Part shown: piece after piece, positions 10,452 through 18,895 of the stretch
Numbering within the stretch: position 1 is the first letter of the stretch
Layout of the letters: the number at the start of each line of letters is the position of its first letter
Assembly (NCBI GenBank): GCA_011364925.1
Contig: RDOA01000038.1
Location: 1 to 37,105, forward strand
From: Promethearchaeota archaeon
GTDB lineage: Archaea > Asgardarchaeota > Lokiarchaeia > Sigyniarchaeales > SOKP01
Direction of reading: 5' to 3'
DNA length: 37,105 nt
Made by a program: the position numbers and the translations under genes
Notes under the pieces: model-generated
Database searches by the model: none
What the model saw: the letters and a program-made list of their open reading frames with translations, nothing else
What the model was told of the DNA's origin: nothing

Positions 10452-10745
10452 CTATTTTCCACATTTACAAGGAGAAGAACTACATTTTTTGCATAATTTT
10501 GGATATTTAGCATCTAATGCTTTTTCGAGATCAATACCTAAAATATTTGCAATAGAAACAGTCCAAGCAACGATATCTGATAACTCTTGAGAAATCTTCG
10601 TTTTATCAAGGCTCTTTGAGTTCAAAAGAGTAGCTAATTCTCCAACTTCCTCCACTAACCAGATAAATGTTGAATGAACTCCTCTCTCTAAATCTTTTTG
10701 AAGATAGAGCTCTTTTATTAAATTCTGAAAATCTAATATTTTCAT
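10452..10745 (-). CDS. MazG-like nucleotide pyrophosphohydrolase
   Basis: WLVEEVGELA, QELSDIVAW, C-terminal KYPxxCxxCxxxPCxC. Confidence 0.88.
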   Translation of the reverse strand: MKILDFQNLIKELYLQKDLERGVHSTFIWLVEEVGELATLLNSKSLDKTKISQELSDIVAWTVSIANILGIDLEKALDAKYPKLCKKCSSSPCKCGK

Positions 10746-10776
10746 AATTTAGGCATCTAATTTTAAAGAAAAAGGT

Positions 10777-10986
10777 TTAAGTAAATAACCATCCGAAAAT
10801 CCCTAACCAAGCAAATACAACGATTAAAACTAAAGCGACAGCAAAAACCACTGTAGTTATTGGACTAACTTTAATTCCAATCGAGCTATCTTCAAAGAAT
10901 CTCATCAAACCAGCACCCCCCATAGGCATTGGGGCGTTACCACTTCTTCTTTTTTTACGTCTTGATTGAGAACGTTGTGTTGACAT
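10777..10986 (-). CDS. Preprotein translocase subunit Sec61beta
   Basis: Basic N-terminus, GAGLMRFFED, IKVSP, single C-terminal TM helix. Confidence 0.92.
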   Translation of the reverse strand: MSTQRSQSRRKKRRSGNAPMPMGGAGLMRFFEDSSIGIKVSPITTVVFAVALVLIVVFAWLGIFGWLFT

Positions 10987-11140
10987 TAAATTATGATCAC
11001 AATAATTTACATTTGATTAAATAAAATTAAAACATCAAAAATAATAAGTCTTATCTTGAATTATAAAAAAAAAATTAATAAATTTTTATTAAGGGTATTA
11101 ATTATTGGTAGTTAATTTGAGTAAGAAAAGGCATTTTATC

Positions 11141-13018
11141 ATGAGAAAAAGAATTAAAATCTTCTTAATATTAGGAATTCTCTCGTTTATTTTTTTATTC
11201 CAATACTTTGGTGGTGATTCCACATATAAATATCAAGATCAAAATGAAAACGAAGTACCAAATATATCGAATAGTTTAGAGGGAGCTGAAAACATTTTAA
11301 TAAATTATATCCTACGCAATACTAATTTAAGTGCCTCGGGTTTGATTAATACGGTAGATACCTTAACTATCTTAAATGAAAACAACAATCCAATTAACTC
11401 AATCCTAATAGGTGTGCCATTAGAGGATGCTAGCAATCTAATTTTCATAAGTGCAAGAAGCGAGGCAAAAAATACTTTAATAGTTGAAAGAAACTATGGA
11501 GTATTGCAAAATTTCGAAATGATAAAAATATATTTTGATGCCCCACTTTTACCATCCCAGGAAAAAACATTATCCGTTAAACAAAGCTACATTAATCATG
11601 TAACCTACGATATAGCTCAGCTCGAAGAAGGAGTAACACAAATAGTAAATTTTAATGGGGTGCTTTGGCCGATATTGCCTTATCGATGTGAAGGAAATAT
11701 AAGATCATTCTATCGCGTACCTAAGGGTATAGAAATATCTGACTATGCAAAATTTGGGGATATGGGCACGGTTGTCCAATTAAACCAACAGGACAGAGTA
11801 TATTATGATCTTGCAAACAGTATAGAATATAATTATCTAGATCCATTGTTAGAAAATTTAAACGGAGCCTATATGACTTATGTTGCTCTAAAAACAACTA
11901 TACAATCCAGTAAAACTGGATTAGAAATTGAAGAAATTAATCGAGAAATTACTGTCTCTCCATGGGGTATCATTAAAAATTTAGAAGAGGTTACTATACA
12001 AAATGTAGGAATTATACAAATAGCATATTTCACATTGAATATACCTAAAGTTGCAAGGAATGTGAGAATTTTCGACGATTTAGGTGAATTGGTTGGAACT
12101 TTGGATACATCTCCGGATGATAATACTTTACAGCTTTTAACTGTCCAACTCAGTCAAAATCGTGTATATCTAATACCCTCTTCAAAGTTTACATTTTCCC
12201 TTGAATATGAATTACAACCTCAAAATTATCTTTCATACAATTGGCTTCAACAGTCCATTTCAATTAATCTTCAAACAACGAGTTATAATTTTCTTATTCA
12301 TCGACAGACAACTAAATTAATTATTGAAGGTTGTAGCACAATTGATTACGCATCATCTCCACCAGAAGCAACTTATAACATTGGTGGTACAAGGGTTCTT
12401 GTTTATAGTTCGGATTTAGTAGGCTCTCTGGAAAAGGATCCCATTTTAATAAAATATACAGTTGACTTATTTGATCTAATTCTTAGACCTATCGTTTTTA
12501 TAATGATTATAGCTGCTTTATGTTCAATTTTTGTGTTGATTATAAAAACCCGAAAGAGAACGGAAGAAGTATCGGAATTCAAAAAAGAGTTCATTCCGTT
12601 GACTGAAATCAGAGAATTTTGTTCTTTATATGAAGAAAAAAATGCTTTAATCTTAGAAATTAGAAAGGCGGAAAGTGAAACAAAACGTAAAAAAATAGGC
12701 AAAAAAACCTATAAAAATCTATTAGCTAAAAATACTGCCAAAATAGACCAAATAAAAGAAGAAATCTTGCCCTTTAAAAAGACATTAATGGAAATAAGCG
12801 AATCTTATAATAATATTATCAAAAAACTTGATGTCTTAGATGCTGAGAGAGAAAGTGTTGACGATAGTTTAAACCTCTTGGAATCTCGGTATAAAAGAGG
12901 GAAATTGCCCTCAAAAGCTGCTTATCAAAAGTTATCAGACGATTTCTTTAACAGAAGGAAGAAAATTGATAGGACAATAGACAAATACATACAACAACTA
13001 AGAAGCTATTTATTATAA
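11141..13018 (+). CDS. Ribophorin I (Ost1/RPN1)-like oligosaccharyltransferase subunit
   Basis: N-terminal signal/anchor, beta-rich ectodomain with INREITVSPWG, EEVTIQNVG, IFDDLGEL, one TM, charged helical cytosolic tail; ATG 11141 preferred over TTG 11105. Confidence 0.8.
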   Translation: MRKRIKIFLILGILSFIFLFQYFGGDSTYKYQDQNENEVPNISNSLEGAENILINYILRNTNLSASGLINTVDTLTILNENNNPINSILIGVPLEDASNLIFISARSEAKNTLIVERNYGVLQNFEMIKIYFDAPLLPSQEKTLSVKQSYINHVTYDIAQLEEGVTQIVNFNGVLWPILPYRCEGNIRSFYRVPKGIEISDYAKFGDMGTVVQLNQQDRVYYDLANSIEYNYLDPLLENLNGAYMTYVALKTTIQSSKTGLEIEEINREITVSPWGIIKNLEEVTIQNVGIIQIAYFTLNIPKVARNVRIFDDLGELVGTLDTSPDDNTLQLLTVQLSQNRVYLIPSSKFTFSLEYELQPQNYLSYNWLQQSISINLQTTSYNFLIHRQTTKLIIEGCSTIDYASSPPEATYNIGGTRVLVYSSDLVGSLEKDPILIKYTVDLFDLILRPIVFIMIIAALCSIFVLIIKTRKRTEEVSEFKKEFIPLTEIREFCSLYEEKNALILEIRKAESETKRKKIGKKTYKNLLAKNTAKIDQIKEEILPFKKTLMEISESYNNIIKKLDVLDAERESVDDSLNLLESRYKRGKLPSKAAYQKLSDDFFNRRKKIDRTIDKYIQQLRSYLL

Positions 13019-13038
13019 ACAATATAATTGGTGGCTTA

Positions 13039-13662
13039 ATGAAACCGTGGTTATGTGATATTTTAGCTTGCCCAATAGATAAGTATTACCCTTTAGAGTT
13101 AACCATCTTTTCATACGAAACTATAGAGGATGATTTCAAAAAGATTCTATCAGTTTATGAAGAAAGAGATTTAAATCATATTCAAGCTGAAAATATCATT
13201 GTAATTCAACAGGAAAATGGAGTGATTTATTTAAAAGATGATATTCTTATAGAAAAGAGCCCAATTAATGAGTATATAAATGGAATAAAATCAAGCATCG
13301 AGGAAGTAGAGCGAATATATGATAAATCTCCTTTTGAATTGAGTAAAAAATGTTTTAATATAATCAGAAAAGATATAAAAACTAAAATAGCGAGCTTTAC
13401 AAATTATGATGAATTTGAAAAGCTAAAGAATATATTGCCAGAGCTGTATTTTTTAAATAAGATGAAAACTGAAATTGAAATTGAAACAGGATTGTTGTTC
13501 TGTGCACAATGCAAGAGATGGTATCCAATAATTGAAACAATCCCTCAAATGCTTCCGGATGAGTATAGAAATGAAAAAGAAGAAGTTGAATTCCTCAAAA
13601 CCAATAAAGATTTATTAGATTCTACATTTTTTAATCAAAATTTAAAACCTTACAATTTATAG
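13039..13662 (+). CDS. trm112: Trm112-family methyltransferase activator with large central insertion
   Basis: MKPWLCDILACPIDK...EIETGLLFCAQCKRWYPIIETIPQML. Confidence 0.88.
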   Translation: MKPWLCDILACPIDKYYPLELTIFSYETIEDDFKKILSVYEERDLNHIQAENIIVIQQENGVIYLKDDILIEKSPINEYINGIKSSIEEVERIYDKSPFELSKKCFNIIRKDIKTKIASFTNYDEFEKLKNILPELYFLNKMKTEIEIETGLLFCAQCKRWYPIIETIPQMLPDEYRNEKEEVEFLKTNKDLLDSTFFNQNLKPYNL

Positions 13663-13675
13663 TCATCATAACCTC

Positions 13676-13777
13676 AGCCCGGTAGTGTAGTGGCCAAGCA
13701 TATGGGGCCTTGAACCCCGGGACCACGGTTCGAAAGTTGTCGAGTCAACTCGATGATCGATATTCCGTGCCGGGCTA
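13676..13777 (+). tRNA. tRNA-Gln (anticodon UUG) with a 29-nt intron (13735-13763) in the T-loop at 59/60
   Basis: Acceptor AGCCCGG/CCGGGCT+A (A1-U72 typical of archaeal Gln), D stem GTGT/GCAT, anticodon stem TGGGG/CCCCG with loop CCTTGAA (TTG at 13710-13712), T stem CACGG/CCGTG; removing 13735-13763 restores TTCGAAT and a 73-nt tRNA; CCA not encoded. Confidence 0.9.
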
Positions 13778-13799
13778 TTTTCTAATTTTTTTATATTTT
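13778..13799 (+). terminator. Oligo-T tract after the tRNA (archaeal terminator-like)
   Basis: TTTTCTAATTTTTTTATATTTT directly after the discriminator base. Confidence 0.45.
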
Positions 13800-13912
13800 C
13801 GCTTTCCTTTAATTTTAGTGCTTTAAAACCATAACTCATCGTTATTATCTCAAATCAATTAAACTAAAACAAAAAATTATATTAGAACAAAATTAATTTT
13901 CTGTAAATACTA

Positions 13913-15313
13913 ATGATTCGGATTTCTAACTTAAATTGGGACATAATTGAGATTTTTTATTTAATAATCATTTTTATTGTTGGCTTTGCTATTACAATGT
14001 TTTTAATCCCCTATGTCATAAAATTTATGAAAAAGAAAGGATTTATTGGGATTGATATCCATAAAAGTTCAAGTCCAGAAGTAGCTGAATCAGGAGGAAT
14101 AGCCTTACTTATTGGAATTGCTGGTACTTCATTATTATTAATTATTTTTTTTCCAAATTTTTTTAATGAAATCTTAATCTTCATTTTAACAGTAGTAGTA
14201 TCTGGGATAATTGGATTTATTGATGATCGAATTAGATTAAAATCGAGATACAAAGTAATCCTGACAATTTTTACTGGTATTCTTATTTTCCTCGCAAATG
14301 TGTCCGGTTTTATTACTATCGAGGCTCCCACAATTCCTTTCCTTGGAAAATTAAGACTAAATATAATATATCCTATCGTTGTTCCGATAATTGTTGCGGT
14401 ATTTGCAAACACTGTTAATATGCTAGAAGGGTATAACGGTGAAGGTTCAGGTACAGCTATAATTGCTTTAATTAGTTTGTTTATTTGCTCAATTTTGTGG
14501 GATTCCGCAGAAGGATTGTTATTTACATTAGTCTCATTAGCCGTTTTAATACCTTTTTATTTTTATAATAAATTTCCCGCCAGACTCTTTCCTGGAGACG
14601 TTGGAACACTTAGTATCGGCGCTATTTTTGCAGGCATCGCTTTATTTGGATCCCTTGAGGCTGCTGTGTTTTGTGCCCTATTGATTCATATTTTTAATAG
14701 CTTTTATGTGTTGTATTCAGTAAAAGGATTTTTCGAGAGTAGTGAAATATTAGGTAATAAAACTGATATCATAATGCTGGAGAATGATCAAATTAAAGCG
14801 TCCGATCAAAAAAGCGCTGCTCTAACACTACCAAGATTGATATTGGCAAAAGGACCTTTAAGAGAACCTGATATAGTTAAGAACATCTATATTATTTCAA
14901 TGGTTTGTGGGTTTATTTCAATTTTAACTACATTATTAATGGTAATAACAGTAAAAAACCAAGATTTTACGATTTTCATCATCCTAGGCTCTATTTTCTT
15001 GGTGATTACGATAATATTACTGTACTTTTTTCCAAGAATTAGAGGTATTGTAATTCTGATGACAATTTTGATTGTGGTTGGCTATATTTATCTTGTTTGT
15101 ATTGAATTATTTATAATGCCATTGAACTTTATAGATATCAACATTTTTGGTTTAATCATTCCAACTAATATCCTCATTTCTTTAATTTTAGTGATCCCAG
15201 GACTTTTGGCTTGGTACTACATCACGATTAAATACTTTTGGTATGAGATAAAAAAAATGAAAAATTCGCTTCAAAGTAATGTTAGTAGTTCGATAGGAGC
15301 AACAGAAATGTAG
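13913..15313 (+). CDS. aglH: UDP-GlcNAc:dolichyl-phosphate GlcNAc-1-P transferase (AglH/ALG7/DPAGT1-like, MraY superfamily) with extra C-terminal TMs
   Basis: GIDIHK, PEVAESGG, GFIDD, NTVNMLEGYNG, NKFPARLFPGDVGT, LTLPRLIL. Confidence 0.85.
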   Translation: MIRISNLNWDIIEIFYLIIIFIVGFAITMFLIPYVIKFMKKKGFIGIDIHKSSSPEVAESGGIALLIGIAGTSLLLIIFFPNFFNEILIFILTVVVSGIIGFIDDRIRLKSRYKVILTIFTGILIFLANVSGFITIEAPTIPFLGKLRLNIIYPIVVPIIVAVFANTVNMLEGYNGEGSGTAIIALISLFICSILWDSAEGLLFTLVSLAVLIPFYFYNKFPARLFPGDVGTLSIGAIFAGIALFGSLEAAVFCALLIHIFNSFYVLYSVKGFFESSEILGNKTDIIMLENDQIKASDQKSAALTLPRLILAKGPLREPDIVKNIYIISMVCGFISILTTLLMVITVKNQDFTIFIILGSIFLVITIILLYFFPRIRGIVILMTILIVVGYIYLVCIELFIMPLNFIDINIFGLIIPTNILISLILVIPGLLAWYYITIKYFWYEIKKMKNSLQSNVSSSIGATEM

Positions 15314-15378
15314 TTTAATAGAGCTTTTATTTGTTATTTAAGTTGGATATATATAATTAAGGATTAGTTGATGTAAAT

Positions 15379-17928
15379 TTGAAAATATTCATTCGTTTCG
15401 GTCTATTATTTTTATATTTATTAATTTCCCTCGGTTCTGCGACAGTTTCATATTTTTTAATATGGAATGTTAGATTACCAGAACTTTTAAATGACTGGAC
15501 TTTCTATGTTCTGCTTATTTTTTTCTTATTGTCAATTGAAGAATTATACCGTTGGGCAAAAAATGGCAAAAGGAGCGAATTGAGTGATTTTGTCGCTATT
15601 ATATTCTTCTTTTTTCTTCTATTCTTTTTTTCAAAAGATATTTTAACTTCGATAATGGGTGCCTTTTCAATCTATTTATGGTTTGGAGTGTACGAGTTAA
15701 AAGATTACCCCGTATTAAATAAAATCTTAACAATATCTCTAGTAACATATAATATAATATTTGTTTCAGGAATAGTTTCAAATGTTTTAGGTAATCCAAT
15801 TGTTATTAACACTGCTTTTTCGTTTTCTTTTTGGATTATCCTTATATTAGGTTTTATTCTATTTGGTCGAAAGTACATAGTTATATGGAGATTCATGTCT
15901 CCTGAGTACTTGACATTATTTCTATATATTATTGCTTGGTTAGCCATTGTTTTTGTTACTGAATACACTCCTCTTAACTTTATTTCGGGTAAAGCCTTTC
16001 TTTTTGACTCTTTTTCAATTTGGGAACTTTTCATGAATGTATACATAGTTTTAATAGTAATAAATTGGATCATTTACTTTATTTCAGGGCCGATTTTGGA
16101 TTTCATGCTTGGGATTAAGCCATTAAAGGATAAAAAATTATTAAATTTAATAGAAAAAGTAAAATTAGATATTGGAATAAAAGGAAAAGTAAAGGTAGGG
16201 ATAGGAAACTATCCAATTCTAAATGCCATGGCATACGGTTCGCTTTTTGATAAACGGATTGCTCTTATCGCAGAACACTACAATTTAGTACCAGAAGATG
16301 AGGTTAAAGGTATTGTTGCTCATGAATTGGCACATACGAAAGGAAAACATACTTTAATCTTGACTTTTATTACATCGGGAGATTTGGTTATAAGAATGCT
16401 ATTTGGTATTCCTGCCACATACTACGATTATACTTTCGGGAACCCTCAGCTTCCATTTATTTTATTTCTTCTTTTAAACTTACTCATTTACATTATTTTG
16501 TTTATGTTTGTTAGAATTTTAGAAGGGAAAGCTGATCAAAAAACAAAAAGAATTGGGTATGGGAAGGAGCTGGTAAAAGCGCTTTATAATTTAGAGAGCT
16601 TTTACGCTACTGGGCGTGAATTTGGATTAAATACAATGCTTTTATCTGAAGAAAAAATTACAAAAAATAATGAAATTTTAAACTATTTAGAAACAGCAGA
16701 TTATATTAACAAATCCATAATTAAACCAAAGAGGGGATCTTTGGTAAGTAATATAATAAACTCTCATCCACTTACATACCACAGAATTGCTGCAGTACTA
16801 GATGATTCGTTAAAACCAACAAAAGAAATGCTTCTACCTTTTTTATGCTTAAAAAGATCTTACCAAAAAAAATACGCTAAATTATTTGATGTGGCACGTA
16901 GTAAATTTAAAGAGATCGCTAGCGAGAAATTTAGAGAGTATTTCAACATTAAAGATATCTCTGCTTATATGAACGCAATAAAGAGGCTTGAACTTTATAA
17001 ATTTGAACTCAACCAGGATTTTATATTTATTCATAAGATTACAGGTGAAGTGATCGTAGGAAAATTGGAAAACGTACGATTAATAGATGATGCCTGCGAA
17101 ATTGACGAATATATTGTTAGAGAATTTAAAACTGATAAAAAAGTATTCCTGAGTTCTTCGGAATATTCAAAATCTCATGTTTCACTAAAAGATGATTATT
17201 TTATGGAAAAATTGGGAACCTTGAAGCTTACAGATATCTCCTTAGGTTCAGATCAAAAGAATTCAAAATATATTTTTTCGGATAAAAATGGACAGAAAAT
17301 TTTAAAAAATTTAAAGAAGACAAAATTGCCAAATCCGATATCATTTATAAAATCATTTGCCGATAAAGATGTTTTTTTCACAACGAAAGGTGACACTCTC
17401 GTACTAAGGTGTACAAATGTTCAAATTTCAGATAATTTTAAAGATTCAGAGCTATTTCTCGAAAATTCTCCTGTGAATGAGAAGGCTGACAAGTTCCGAT
17501 TCAAATTTAAAGATTTAATAATAAAACCTAAAAACATTTATATTAATGTAAAAAGAAATGAAAAGGGGTTTAAAACAGAATCTAAAATTTTTGAATGGTT
17601 GATAGAAAAACAACTAAGGACCTACATCTATTTAAAAAAACCTGTCAATAACATACAAATAGGTTATATTCAAGAAATTCATTTTGTTGTTGAAAATTCT
17701 AAGAAAAAACAAAATGGAGGAGAATATGAAAGAGGTAGTTATATTATCATTAAAAATATTTTCGGTGAAACTCAAAAAATAATATACAAATCATTAGAAA
17801 CCGTATCCTTCGAATATATTACGGGGAAAATTCAAAAAAAGTCAGAATCGAGTATTTTTAGCAAGTTAGGATATGTATTGTTGAAAAAATTCAACCCAGA
17901 AAAGATAATTTACCTTAACAAACTTTAA
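15379..17928 (+). CDS. Large membrane M48-family (HtpX/Ste24-like) zinc metalloprotease with extra N-terminal TMs and C-terminal soluble extension
   Basis: NAMAYG, HELAH (16321-16335), EGKADQ, LVKALYNL, SHPLTYHRI. Confidence 0.85.
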   Translation: MKIFIRFGLLFLYLLISLGSATVSYFLIWNVRLPELLNDWTFYVLLIFFLLSIEELYRWAKNGKRSELSDFVAIIFFFFLLFFFSKDILTSIMGAFSIYLWFGVYELKDYPVLNKILTISLVTYNIIFVSGIVSNVLGNPIVINTAFSFSFWIILILGFILFGRKYIVIWRFMSPEYLTLFLYIIAWLAIVFVTEYTPLNFISGKAFLFDSFSIWELFMNVYIVLIVINWIIYFISGPILDFMLGIKPLKDKKLLNLIEKVKLDIGIKGKVKVGIGNYPILNAMAYGSLFDKRIALIAEHYNLVPEDEVKGIVAHELAHTKGKHTLILTFITSGDLVIRMLFGIPATYYDYTFGNPQLPFILFLLLNLLIYIILFMFVRILEGKADQKTKRIGYGKELVKALYNLESFYATGREFGLNTMLLSEEKITKNNEILNYLETADYINKSIIKPKRGSLVSNIINSHPLTYHRIAAVLDDSLKPTKEMLLPFLCLKRSYQKKYAKLFDVARSKFKEIASEKFREYFNIKDISAYMNAIKRLELYKFELNQDFIFIHKITGEVIVGKLENVRLIDDACEIDEYIVREFKTDKKVFLSSSEYSKSHVSLKDDYFMEKLGTLKLTDISLGSDQKNSKYIFSDKNGQKILKNLKKTKLPNPISFIKSFADKDVFFTTKGDTLVLRCTNVQISDNFKDSELFLENSPVNEKADKFRFKFKDLIIKPKNIYINVKRNEKGFKTESKIFEWLIEKQLRTYIYLKKPVNNIQIGYIQEIHFVVENSKKKQNGGEYERGSYIIIKNIFGETQKIIYKSLETVSFEYITGKIQKKSESSIFSKLGYVLLKKFNPEKIIYLNKL

Positions 17929-17956
17929 TTAGATTGGTTCTGTTTAAAAATTTATA

Positions 17957-18895
17957 ATGACCACGAAAATAAGAAGTATTTTCCACCTCTTAAGAATTAG
18001 ACAATATTATAAAAATGTATTAATCTTCGTCAGTCTTTTCTTTAGTTATAAGATTTTTCATCACACACTTTATTTGCCATTAATCTTGGGGTTTATATTA
18101 CTATGCTGTGCTTCCTCATTTAATTATATAATAAACGATATTATAGATATAGAATCTGATAAGCAACATCCGGAAAAAATAAAAAAAAAACCATTAGCAT
18201 CAGGAGAACTCCCCGTATATTTCGCAGTTTTACTCTTAGTAATCATCGTAGGAATTATTGTCCTTTCATTCATTTTCTTAATTCCAAACCTTGGCTTTCT
18301 AATAATGCTTATACTTGTGATATTAACAGGCCAGCTCTATAACCATTTCTTTAAGAATTACGCGTTCATTGACATATTAGTTTTATCGACGGGCTATCTT
18401 TGGAGAGCGTTAGCTGGAGTTGTTATAATCGATGACATCGTTTCTCCATGGCTATTTCTAGCAATTTTCGAAATTGCTATGTTCTTAAGCATCGCTAAAA
18501 GGAGGGGCGATTTGTTGTATCTTGGAAAAGACATAGCCATTGAACATAAAAAGGTATATGACAAATACTCTGTTAAACTTTTAGATCAATTCTATGTTAT
18601 AATTGCAGCTTCATTGTTTATGACTTACTCGCTTTATCTAATAACTAAATTTTTTATTATCGAAGGAGCAATAATAGTTCCAGACTTGCAAGTATTTATG
18701 GTAATTTTCACTATTCCTATTTCTCTCTACATAATAATGCGGTTTATGTATTTAACTTCGTCGAAACCAGAAATAGCAAGGAGAACTGAAAAAGTATTTT
18801 TCGATAAAGGGATCATTATTTCAGGATTGTTACTCTTTCTAATATTGTTTACTGCATATTATTATGATATCATTATAGGATTGATTGAAGGTTAA
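17957..18895 (+). CDS. UbiA-superfamily prenyltransferase, polyprenyl-phosphate phosphoribosyltransferase-like
   Basis: LRIRQYYKNVLIF, YIINDIIDIESDKQHPEK..KPLASG, KRRGDL, multiple TMs. Confidence 0.8.
   Translation: MTTKIRSIFHLLRIRQYYKNVLIFVSLFFSYKIFHHTLYLPLILGFILLCCASSFNYIINDIIDIESDKQHPEKIKKKPLASGELPVYFAVLLLVIIVGIIVLSFIFLIPNLGFLIMLILVILTGQLYNHFFKNYAFIDILVLSTGYLWRALAGVVIIDDIVSPWLFLAIFEIAMFLSIAKRRGDLLYLGKDIAIEHKKVYDKYSVKLLDQFYVIIAASLFMTYSLYLITKFFIIEGAIIVPDLQVFMVIFTIPISLYIIMRFMYLTSSKPEIARRTEKVFFDKGIIISGLLLFLILFTAYYYDIIIGLIEG

Noticed and set aside
13676-13912. tRNA as an integration site for a mobile element
   Set aside because: No integrase and no duplicated tRNA 3' end noticed in the window; flanking genes are housekeeping
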